Shown here in pieces: positions 1 through 12,362 of a DNA stretch of 64,000 nt. The position numbers and the translations under genes were made by a program. How positions within the stretch are numbered: position 1 is the stretch's first letter; each line of letters begins with the position of its first letter. The DNA is from the human T2T-CHM13v2.0 reference genome, Homo sapiens, in assembly GCF_009914755.1 (NCBI RefSeq), contig NC_060929.1, one strand, 5' to 3'. Below the pieces are notes generated by a model. It searched no databases and was not told the DNA's origin. It was given only the letters and a program-made list of their open reading frames with translations.

Positions 1-637
1 ATCTTTGAATTGTGTCTTACACTTTGCTTATAATCATTTAAAAACAGATCTGGTAGTTAAGATCAACAGAAGATTCACTTTGTGAATATGATTTGGTTTA
101 AAGTATGTGTGGGTTTTAATGAACTGAATAATCACATATGCTCAAAAAAATCCTATGAAATAAAATAATTCTGAAATCTTGCACCTGAACAACTTTACCC
201 ACAGAAGCTTTTTAAAGCGCCTTGCCACGTAAAGTGGGGCTGGGAGGGATTACAATACAATGTAATAAATTGGGGCTTCCTAGGCCTACTTGGCTAAATA
301 TTTTTCTGAGTCTCTTCTGAGATGGGAAGAGACTATTAGGGTCTCTATAAAGTGACTGAAAAGCTAGATTCAAAGTCACACAGTGAATATCGCCTGGACA
401 TTTTGAAATTGTACCTCCTGGTAATGTGAATTTTGGGTGAGGATGATGCAATACTGTCTTTCATTTAAATAAAAACAATTATAACAACAACAACCCTTAA
501 CAAAAAACAGCTGTGATCTGTTTTAAGGAAAATACAGCTCTTTTAAAAAAAAGAACTGGAGTGTTCATGGAGGACAGGCGGAGAATGAATGAGGGATAGG
601 AAGGCTCAGAAAAAAAGTCATTTTGACACTGCGTGTC

Positions 638-700
638 TATATGTATGTATGTATGCACACATGTATACATGTATGTATGTATGCACATATGTATGTATGT
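638..700. repeat. (ATGT)n-like degenerate microsatellite
   Basis: tatgtatgtatgtatgcacacatgtatacatgtatgtatg. Confidence 0.85.
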
Positions 701-1585
701 GAGAGATGAGATTGGTACCAAGGTAACAGTCACAGCAGAATGCAAGTGCAGAAACTTCTAGAACAGCCAGGATGAGCCACTGTAGGTCACTGTGGGAGTC
801 AGTGTCACATTGGTTTTAAATTTCATGATGTCCAAGGAGGTGCCACATGCTCTGTCACCTTCCCTGGTTACCAGGAAGTGAACCAGAGTCATCTTCACTA
901 GTCCTGGCGAGCCTTGTCTCTCCCAAAGAGAAAGACTTGCTGAGTCCTGAGCCAGCGCTGTTGAAAGCAGGAGAATACAGGGCTCAACAGTATACTATTG
1001 TCTTTTTTTTTCTCACAAGAGAAATGACAGTAGAGTCAGGAACTTCTATTCTCTATTCCCCCTCCCATCCTTCTTCTACTTCTGTATTATTTATCACGTT
1101 ATTTTCTACCCTTTTTCTTTCTGTAATAAGGAAACAGAAACAAGCAAGAAACTAAAAGCAAGAAATCCAAATGCCCACACTCTTATGGTGACTTTGTTGA
1201 GATCCATATATGGTTCAAGTACTTAAAAATGAAAAAGCCTGTTGTCATCTTAAAAAAATAAGTTCAACCAACATCAGCACCTGAAAATATAATTTCCTAT
1301 AGAAGTTCATTTCATGATTGGTTGAAATCTTAAACACACTAGGTGGCAATCTTTATCTGTTTTACTATTACGAAATCATAAGGAAAAGGAGATACAGTTA
1401 ATTAGAAGAAAGTTTTTACTTTATGGAGCAAAGACCCCTAATCCTACTATATTTAAAGCATTAGTGGCCATGTAAGACCCACTGCTTTTGAATATCACAC
1501 ATTGCAAATTTTAGCATGACAAATGAATGCATGAACTAGCACTGTGAAGGAGTCACAGGCTGGGGCTTACGTTTGAATCTAATCC

Positions 1586-1718
1586 TTTTTTTTTTTTTTC
1601 AATGGCATGGAGGTTTGCTATGTTGCCCAGACTGGCCTTGAACTCCTGGGCTGAAGTGATCTTCCTGTCTCAGTCTATGGGGTGCCTAGGATTACAGGTG
1701 TGCACCACCGCGCTGGCC
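1586..1718 (-). mobile_element. Alu left-monomer / FLAM-like SINE
   Basis: Poly-T, then ...atgttgcccagactggccttgaactcctgggc...ggattacaggtgtgcaccaccgcgctggcc. Confidence 0.85.
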
Positions 1719-2149
1719 GAATGGAATCTTGTGCAAACTTTTTTCATCTTCTGTGCTTCACTCACTCTTACTAGAAAGATATTCTCCTCTGAAGTTTGTC
1801 AATAGGATTAGGAAATTGATAAACATATAGAAAATTAAAATAATATTTTTGAAATATATTTTAAAGTCCAAGATTTTGATAATTTTGAAATCTTAGTATC
1901 TTTCTTTCCTCAGCCTAAAAACTATCATCCATCTATCAATTCACCCTTGACAACTTCTTTTAGAATTATAGAGAAACAAGTATGTTCTAATTTTAAAATG
2001 AATATAAAAATATTTCTGGGAGCCTAGACTATTTGACAACACCCAAGGATTAGCTATAGGAGGACCACGTCTACTCACAACTCTCTAGACCCATCTTCAT
2101 AGAAGTATGGACATATAAAACAAACATATAATGTAACCTACTTGATCTT

Positions 2150-2546
2150 TATGTGTGTGTATGTGTATATGTATATATACATACATGTACATATATACAT
2201 ACATCTATATACACATGTACATATATACATATATGCATGTATATATACACACAGGCACATATATACATATATACATACATGTATACATACAGGCACATAC
2301 ATATATACACATGCATACATGCATGCAACATACATACATGCACATATACATACATGCACACACATGCATGTACACACACGTATGCACACATACATGTATG
2401 TAGACATACATGTATGCACACACATACATGCATGTAGACATACATGTATGTACACGTATATGTATATATAAGTATACACGTGTATGTATATATGTATACA
2501 TACACGTGTATGTATAGATACACGTGTATGTATACATACATATGTG
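2150..2546. repeat. Low-complexity (TA/CA/TG) purine-pyrimidine alternating tract
   Basis: Degenerate tatacacatg-type repeats. Confidence 0.9.
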
Positions 2547-3092
2547 TATGTACAGCTACACGTATACATACATATGTGTATGTACAGCTACAAGTATACA
2601 TACATATGTGTATGTACAGCTACACGTATACATACACGTGTATGTACAGCTACACGTATACATACACGTGTATGTACAGCTACACGTATACATACACGTG
2701 TATGTACAGCTACACGTATACATACACGTGTATGTACAGCTACACGTATACATACACGTGTATGTACAGCTACACGTATACATACACGTGTATGTACAGC
2801 TACACGTATACATACACGTGTATGTACAGATACACGTATACATACACGTGTATGTACAGATACACGTATACATACACGTGTATGTACAGCTACACGTATA
2901 CATACACGTGTATGTACAGCTACACGTATACATACACGTGTATGTACAGCTACACGTATACATACACGTGTATGTACAGATACACGTATACATACACGTG
3001 TATGTACAGATACACGTATACATACACGTGTATGTACAGATACACGTATACATACACGTGTATGTACAGATACACGTATACATACATATGTG
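2547..3092. repeat. 30-bp minisatellite (VNTR-like), 18 units; consensus TATGTACAG(C/A)TACACGTATACATACACGTG
   Basis: 15 exact 30-mers at 2611-3060, plus three 32-nt terminal variants ending catatgtg. Confidence 0.97.
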
Positions 3093-4398
3093 TATGTATA
3101 TATATACATACACACATATGAAGTACATGCATACATATACATACTTTGGGAGATATAGAACAACTTAAAGAACCATTCAAAGATAACTATTGATAACATT
3201 TTCCCACTGCATGTATGTGAGCACATGTATGCAATATAGTATGTGACTATTATGGACTACATACTTCCTTATAGAATTAGAGTCATAGTGTATATTCAAC
3301 TGTATATCTTGCTTTTAGCATTAAACATTAATGAACCATAAAAATTATACATGCCTTTATTCTTTTAAAATATTGTTAATGATTCCAATCTATATTCGGT
3401 AATCTCTAAAATTTTTCAAGTTATGTGAATCCAAATGTATTAAAATGTAAGCATTGATTCTATTTTTAAATAAATTAAAAAATAATCATATGGGTTTTTC
3501 AGACGAATTTCAGTTCATTTATCATTCATTCATTTTTAAAAAGCTACTTATTAAAGGAAACATGCTTATTTTAATTAAATATACATAAGACAAAGGTAAA
3601 TATTAAAATGCTACATGAGAAACTGGGCTGCACAGGTAATTCATGGGAATGTTAAGTATTTTATATTGCTACCTGCTTAAATTAAAATCATGAAACTCTA
3701 ATTTCAGACAACAAAAATTCTGTAAAATGTGACTACCAAGAAAATTTTGCAAAACCAAATTATTTTTTCCATATAGCGTTTAAAAGAGATGATTTGTTTT
3801 TCCAAAAATAATGTTCACTCTGACAAATTATAAATTTAAGAATATAATGAATGATTTAAAATTACTTATAAAGGAGGCATTAGATTTTTTTATAAACTCT
3901 AAGTAATCTATATAGTAAATAAAACAATACCAAAAATACATAAAAACTGTTTCCTTGGTATTAGACATACTTGAGGATATGGATCCTCTGTATTGCTTGG
4001 CCTTTTAATTTGAAACTAGCTCCATTTAAGTCAAAATAAATTAAGCAGTACATCTATTTATGAAACCCTAGGGAATAAAGTTCCTAATATAATAAAGCCA
4101 ACCTCAGTTACAAGTGAATGTGCTTTTCCTCTTTGAAGCTATTGCCACTTAGAATTAAAATAATCTATTTAACACAAAAACTTGTATTAAAAATCACAAC
4201 TACCAAAACTTTCAATTTGGCAAGAATGTCCAGCAACCTTTTACTGAGAATCAAAGAAAATGTAAATTAATATATGAGTAACATTAAAGCTGTCTAGTAT
4301 TGTGTGAGGTAACATCTTCCAAATTGAAACTTTTCAACGCCAAACTCAGGCCACCTGTTTGTATATCTGTGTATGCAGCTTTTCTGGTGTTTTGATCA

Positions 4399-4709
<311 letters not shown>

Positions 4710-4744
4710 GTTTTGATCATTTTAAATATTTTGAAAAAATTTTA

Positions 4745-4940
4745 AAGAGATGTGGGGTCTCACTCTGTTGCCCAGGCTAGAGTGCAGTGGCACAATTCAC
4801 AGCTGACTGCAGCCTCAAGCTCCTGGACTCAAGTGATCCTCTCACTTCAGCCTCCCAAGCAGTTGGAATTACAAGTGCAAACCACTATTTTTATTTCTTA
4901 AAGCAGGTTAGAATTTTTTTTTTTTGAGATGGGGTTCTCA
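4745..4940 (-). mobile_element. Truncated AluJ-like element (right arm plus start of next arm)
   Basis: ggtctcactctgttgcccaggctagagtgcagtggcac...tcagcctcccaag, then ttttgagatggggttctca. Confidence 0.8.
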
Positions 4941-5276
4941 TCTTGAATTTTAACTCCGACAACTTCCACATGTCCTGAGAGGAGCCTGGTGGGAGATGAC
5001 TGAATTAGGGGGTCTGGTCTTTCCTGCGTTGTTCTCATAGTAGTGAATGAGTCTTATGAGATCTAATTTTTTAAAAAGAGGAGGTCCCCTGCTCAAGCTC
5101 TCTCTCTTTGCCTGTTGCCATCCACATAAGATGTGAATTGCTCCTCCTCGCCTTCCACCATGATTGTGAGGCCTCCCCAGCCACGTGGAACTCTGAGTCC
5201 AGTTAAACCTCTTCCTTTTGTAAATTGCCCAGTCTCAGATATGTCTTTATCAGCAGCATGAGAACAGACTAGTACA
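4936..5276 (+). mobile_element. THE1-type (ERVL-MaLR) solo LTR, 5' end missing
   Basis: tctcatcttgaat...ccatgattgtgaggcctccccagccacgtggaact...cagcagcatgagaacagactagtaca. Confidence 0.9.
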
Positions 5277-5344
5277 GTGACCTTCAAAGATATTTAGTTT
5301 TCTGAAATTTAAACTGTTTGCTCACATCTTATTAATATTTTAAG

Positions 5345-6530
5345 AATTAAGAAACAACTCAATGGCAAAAAAACAAATAACCTGATTTTAAAATGGGCAA
5401 AAAACCTGAATAGGTCTTTCTCAAAACAATGGCCTGACACAGTGGCTTACACCTGTAATCCCAGCACCTTAGGAGGCTGAGGTAGCAGGATAGCTTAAGC
5501 CCAGGAGTTTGAAACCAGCTTGGGCAACATCGTGAGACACCTTCTCTACAAAAAAATTAAAATCAAAACAAGACCTACAAAAAAAGGTCAACAGGTATAT
5601 GTAAAAGTGCTCAACATCACTAATCTTAAGTGAAATGCAAATTAAAACCATGATGAGATATCACCTGACACCTATAATAGTTTTTTTTTAATCAAAAAAA
5701 GGTAACAAATGTTGGTGAAGACATGGAGAAAAGGAAGCCTTTTTACACTGTTGGTGGGAATGTAAACTAGTACAGTCACTATGGAAAACAGTATGAAGGG
5801 TCTTCAAAAAATTAAGGATAAAACTACCATATGATCCAGCAATTCTACTTCTGGGTATATATCCAAAGAAAATGAAATCAGTATGTCAAAGAGATACCTG
5901 CACTCCCATGTTTGGTGCAGCATTAATCACAATAGCCAAAATATGGAATCAACTTAAGTGTCTAACAGCAGATGAATAAAGAAAATGTTATATACACACA
6001 CACACACACACACTAGAATCCTACTCAGGCTTAAAAAGGGGATATCCTTCCATTTATGACAATATGGATGTTCCTAGAATACATTATGCTTAGTGAAATA
6101 AGCCAGGCAAGAAAGATAAATACCATGTGATCTCACACATATGTGGAATCTAAAAACAAAATCAAACTTATAGAAGCAGAGAGTAGAACAGTTGTTCCCA
6201 GGGACTGGAGCAGGGCCTGGGGGAGAATGGGAGGATGTGGAATGGGAGATGTTGGTGAAAGGGTACAAAGTTTCAGTTAGAAGGAGAAACAATTTCAAGA
6301 GATCTACTGTACAGGCTGGTGACTATAATTAATAATCATGCATAGTATACCTGAAAATTGCTGAGAGTAGATTTTAAATGTACTCATCACAAAAAATGAT
6401 AAATTGTTAGGTGATGGACCTGTTAATTGCTTGATTTAATCATTCCACAATGTATACATATATCAAAATATTACCTTGTATATAATAAATGCATATAATT
6501 TGTTATTTGTTGATGAAAAATAAATTTAAA
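5345..6530 (+). mobile_element. 5'-truncated L1MA-type LINE (ORF2 end and 3'UTR), interrupted by an Alu monomer
   Basis: aaatgcaaattaaaacc..., ctaccatatgatccagcaattctacttctgggtatatatccaaa, L1MA-type 3'UTR. Confidence 0.88.
5431..5562 (+). mobile_element. FLAM/Alu left monomer inserted in L1
   Basis: ggcctgacacagtggcttacacctgtaatcccagc...ctctacaaaaaaa; TSD tcaaaacaa on both sides. Confidence 0.87.
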
Positions 6531-7294
6531 ACAAGAATTAGAGCCCGGCCCCATCTTTGACCAAAAAAAAAAAAAAAATCTTTCAACCAAAAATCCTTAA
6601 TTTTTGGCTCATGTGTGCTCATATCACTTGTGGAGGACAGGCACTGATGATAAAGCAGATGGGACTGAAGTTTACGCAACATAAGCAAAAAATAATCTAG
6701 TCTAAAATGGAATCTCTTTATTTGTCATGAGAAAACAATTTAGGACTCATTAGAGAAAATACATGATGCCAATGAATGCCTTCAAATTTGTTAGTTATAT
6801 GATGGCACAAAGACTATCTCTGTTAGAAATGATACACCAAAATTTTCCAAGTTAAATAATTAAACAAATGTTTAGCACATGTGTGTAGACATATTCACTA
6901 AGCATATTAGGTTATTTTGTTTAATAAAAACCAATACAATAGAGAGACTTTTCTAGGACAGCTGATGTCCCAAATTATCACCAGAAGGTTTGAGTACAAA
7001 GCTGAGAGTCTGACTTCCATGGAGGGAAGAAAGACAGCGAAAGAGTTGAGTACATGGGCAGGGATTCACAAGTGCTCTCACTTTGTGTTCTAGGAACGGG
7101 ATCTTCTTTCACAGTTTATCTTATTGGCAGGCTTGTTCTTAATGCCAGTGGCCCTGCCCTTTTGGTTTTTCACCAGAATGGGATCCTAGGGAAAAGATTT
7201 TTGGTCAACTAGTGCAACAATTTTAAAGGTCTGCATGTGGTGAAAAGATTCAATAGATTAAAAGGAAGCCCTTGATCAAACAGAGAGGAGAGCA

Positions 7295-7490
7295 ATGTGT
7301 TTTATGAATGCCTACTAGGCACCAGACACGGTGTTCTACCAACATGCTGAATTTAATCCTGACAACTCTGCATTAAATGGATGCTCATATTCCCATTCTA
7401 ACATAAGGAACTAGGCCCTGACAACTTAAGTTACTCATTGGCAGTCATGCCCTTGACAAGCTGACAGAACTCAGTGGTTTCCAAATGCCA
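7295..7490 (-). mobile_element. MIR SINE (degenerate)
   Basis: tttatgaatgcctact...atttaatcctgacaac...cccattctaacataaggaact...aagttact. Confidence 0.6.
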
Positions 7491-7924
7491 CTCTAAGATC
7501 TGGTACTTGCCCAACAGAATGCTCAGTGGTCCTTGTCAAAGTCAGAGTGTACATGGACCATGCAGTGAGATTTTTTTTTTAAACTATACGTATTCCTTTG
7601 GAAAATTCTTTTATTCTGAGATTATGCTCTTTCTTTTTCACTGAAGTGAAAATGTCTTTAAAAAATAAAATTAACATATATATTGATGGGTAATTCCTTG
7701 TTAATGTTCTTTACCTGGCAAAATAAGGAGTTAGTAACCCTAGGTCAGTGTCCCAGAAATTTTACTGGGTCATAAAATCCCAAGGCATGGAAATGTTCAG
7801 TGTAGCTGGATTTGAGCCCAGGCCTTCAAATACTGTTTTGTTTTTACCATGCCGCTTTCTGTATGCTCAAATGGATTTAGACTATTCTGAAGGCACATAG
7901 AAGTAAATGTTTTAGACTCTAGAA

Positions 7925-8020
7925 CAGCACTGTCCAATAGAATATTTCTGCAACATTCTATTTCTGCAACAGAATATTCTGCAAGACTCTCGGTGCTGTC
8001 TAATATGCTATCCACTAGCT
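7925..8020 (+). mobile_element. MER3-like hAT-Charlie DNA transposon fragment
   Basis: cagcactgtccaatagaa...gctgtctaatatgctatccactagc. Confidence 0.65.

Positions 8021-8022
<2 letters not shown>

Positions 8023-8073
<51 letters not shown>
8023..8073. repeat. (CA)n microsatellite, ~25 units
   Basis: Perfect AC run. Confidence 0.97.
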
Positions 8074-8075
<2 letters not shown>

Positions 8076-9275
8076 AATCCACAAAAACAAAACTGATCTT
8101 GGTGGTTATAACAAATTCAATTTGAAGTTCTGTAAGCACCAAAGAAAAAATGAATTTTGAAACATGGAAATATGAGATCTGCATGTAGCTTTGTTCTCCC
8201 TTGGGAGTGAAACAATGAGTTAAAAAATTTTGGACTTGGGATCATTCATGACATTTATTGGGAGACAACATCATTTACTGAACTGGTGAAATGATTTCTT
8301 GTCACATCACAACCTTCCACATTTGTTGAGGGGTGAGCAGTTATTCTTTTTCTTTCTGCTCTGAAGTTCCCTGCGTCTTAAAGAGAGGGTTGCAGGAATT
8401 GACACATTATATATGTTTAGATACAACTTTCCAGTATTCAATGTCAGCAAATTTTTCTTGACCCAAGGTTAGGAAAAACCATAAAGTCTCAAGGCAATTA
8501 ACCGTAGGTGGACACAAAGCCTAGGAGATGCTGCAGTAGGCAGACGGAATAATTGGGGTTGTTTCCTCTGTGAACCTGGTGTGAATCATACCACAGATTA
8601 CCAGGAATCTGAAAGCAAAGCCCAGTGGTTGATATTCCTTACTTGGTTTTCTAAAGAAAAACCATGGGTCTGCTTGATGCTTTCTTTCTGTTTATTTATA
8701 GAAGCACATCTTTAGATGATTCATATTGCAAGGGCTTAGACAGTATGATTTAGTAATACTCCCTGGAATATCTTATCTCAAGAAACACATCACATAAATG
8801 TTCCAGCAGTGTGACTGTTTTTCCTTATATGGCTCAGAAAACAGTAAAGGAGACATTGAGAACAATTCATTAAGAAGCTAAGACTGACAAGCAAAAGTAA
8901 ATATTTAAAATGATTGATGTGTAAGTGAAAACAAGTATTCATATGGGAATCTCAGTGTTGGCTGGAAACATCTCCTTTTGTATCAAGAATTTTTAAAAAT
9001 TAAATAAAGACAAGAATGCATGCTCCAAACAATTTTTTTGTCTTACTTTCATGGATCTATGGTGTCTTCAAATGATACCCTGGCATGGAGTAGGTGCTAC
9101 TGTTATTTTCCAAACGAGTAAAACAGTGATACTCATTCAAAAATGCACATCAATTAATACACACCTTTATTTAGAATGTGGTGGAAAACACGTATTGGTC
9201 ATCTCCAATAGAAGTCAACTTTCTTCTTCTTCCCAGCCTGCCACCATATGCCCCACCGTCAAGACTTAAAGTTCA

Positions 9276-9580
9276 GGCTGTGCATAGTGGCTCTTGCCTG
9301 TAATTTCAGCACTTTGGGAAGCCAAAGCAGGAGTATTGCTTGAGCTCAGGAATTCGAGACCAACCTGGGCAACATAGCAAGACCTCATTTCTGCTAAAAA
9401 TTAAAAAAAATTAGCCGGGTGTGGTAGCATACCCCTGTGTTTGGGCTACTAGGGAGACTGAGGTGGGAGAATCACTTGAGCCCAAGAGCTCAAGGCTGCA
9501 GTGAGCTGTGATTACACTGCTGCACTCCAGCCTGGGCAATAATAGAGTGAGACTCTGTCTCAAAAGAAAAGAAAAAAAAA
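9276..9580 (+). mobile_element. AluJ-like SINE
   Basis: Dimeric Alu with A-tail; TSD ttaaagttca at 9266 and 9581. Confidence 0.92.
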
Positions 9581-10270
9581 TTAAAGTTCAAAATATTTCT
9601 ATTTTACAATACACTGGAGCATGGTTTTGATTTTAGTCTTCTTTAATATACAGAGGGAAGAGGGTTGAGATAAAGTGAGAGTACACTAGTGTACCTCTAG
9701 GTACAATATCCACAACTGGGTGAACCAATATCTCTCCTGTAATGGCCATTTGCCTCTTGGAATTTCAAGAGGCAGGAAGAATCAGTAATTTTCAACTATG
9801 GGTCCTTCATCTAGGGGCCGTGTTTCATTGAGAGCACTATCCAGGTTACTGGACTAGTTTTTTTCTTTCAAAATGTTCTTCAAACTTTCCTTATTTTAGT
9901 TTATTTCACACATAATGTGCTCTTAGAGATTGCATTCTTTTGGTATGCACTGAAAAATAGGCTAATCTTCCTTGACTGAGGCCAATTCTGAGTTTACTTT
10001 CTTCTGGCAGGAATTCAGTGTCTCATAGGATTGTGGAATAATTGCTCTTGTTATTAAACTACCACTTCTCCCTGCATTTTTTTTTAAAGAAAGTAGATAT
10101 TATCCTTTGAAATGTATTAAATCTGATGTATAAGCATAATTATATAATCATTATTTATAAGTTTAAATAATTCACCTTCACACTCTTTCTCTTTTATACA
10201 GGAGTGAGAAAAACTCACATGATTTTTAGAGTTTTTTTTTTCACATTTAAAAGATTTAAAAGTGAGTTCA

Positions 10271-10643
<373 letters not shown>

Positions 10644-11561
10644 CTAGAGTTCGAATTGCAGCAGGCTTGTCATAGAAACAATGAATTACGTATATGTTTG
10701 GTCAGTTTTCACTTCTTTTTCCCTCTGCTTTAACAACTTTTTATGACTAACATTTATCCCTCTATCTCTCCTAAGACTTCAGTATATATCTATTACTTTG
10801 GCAGTAATAGCCAAGATATATTACTACATATAACTCAATTAATTCGTTATTTTAAAGGTTAGAGCACTGGCAATGATACTTAGAGGTGCTGGCACCATCT
10901 CACTGTAGCAGTGCATTAAAATCAATGCTTTATTTTTATACTGTGGCATTAAAAACATTACCATTTAAAATGTCTAAACATCAGGATTTCATTTTTATGA
11001 TTTTTTTGAAAGTATGAGATTAGGAATATAAAATGCCTATTCAGCTAATATTTTAAATCCCCCAGTTCAAGGATTGAAGAAACATGTTTAGCTAATTTAT
11101 AAGACTTATTTTACAATTCATGAAACTCCCATTTTTTTAAATCAGAAATAAAATGACTTAAGTGATTGAATAAATGGCACCAAATAAAGCAGAATTTTTA
11201 AACAAAAAGATAGTAAAAAGGTATTCTAGTAGCAGATGACCTTAGCATATTTTGCCAATAAACTTCTTGAGATTTAATAGCTAGTATTAATGCCTGCATC
11301 AACACTCCGAATAATACTAGTAACAGTGGCCAGCACACAGCAATGGAAGAAAAAGCCTGGTCTATCTAGGTCATTACCAAAATAATATCACATTTTATAA
11401 AAAAAGATTTTGGCTACCTGGGATCCTAACAGAATTAAGAAAAAGATAAATTCTCTACTCTAGAGCACATCAGATACTTCACAGCTTGGAAACTGTTATT
11501 TTTTTAACTCCTAACAAAATTCTCTCAAATAGTCTCACATAGAGATCTGATTTATCTTTAA

Positions 11562-11860
<299 letters not shown>

Positions 11861-11912
11861 TGATTTAGCTCTAATTCTTCAGATATGAATAAACAACTAA
11901 TCCAAATATTTT

Positions 11913-12362
11913 CAGACTTTCTCAGTACATGGTGCCCTTAATATCTCAATTTTTTAATAACAGCAACACATTGGCCAAAATAAATAATAGTTCCAATTAT
12001 TAAATAGTTAAGTCCAAATAACTTAATAAGGTTTTGTTCTAACAATTTAGCACCCACTGAGCACTATGTCAATTTCTCATTTTGGAATGAGATTGGACAT
12101 TGCCTCCCTTATTTTTTGTTGCACATTGATTTCTGCTCAGCACTTCATTTTTATCCAGCAACTGCTGAAAACCCAATTTTGCAAAGATATGGTGTCACAG
12201 AAAGGAATATCATGGTCTTAATTGGAAACTGGGAACTATTCCAAGCTATTAGTTTTCCAGGTGGTTGACAGATGTTTTCGTGTTTTTCTTGAACATTTAA
12301 AATAACGCTTGCACCCATGTACATTCCCTCTGTTGCCTCAGGACACATTTTGAGAACTCTGG
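11913..12362 (-). mobile_element. hAT-Charlie-family DNA transposon remnant with a decayed transposase C-terminus
   Basis: Minus strand ~12075-12215 reads FLSVTPYLCKIGFSAVA/IKMKC*AEINVQQKIREAMSNLIPK, resembling the Charlie/Buster motif PFxTxYLCExGFS; Charlie-like end cacattttgagaactctg. Confidence 0.7.

Noticed and set aside
2547-3092. CRISPR-like array (30-bp partly palindromic repeats)
   Set aside because: Units are head-to-tail with no unique spacers, there are no cas genes and the context is primate; it is a minisatellite
2138-3226. Stack of 100-225 aa ORFs in all frames (YTYTCM, VCTATRIHT, HVYVQL repeats)
   Set aside because: Stop-free translation of purine-pyrimidine alternating repeats; no splice or promoter support
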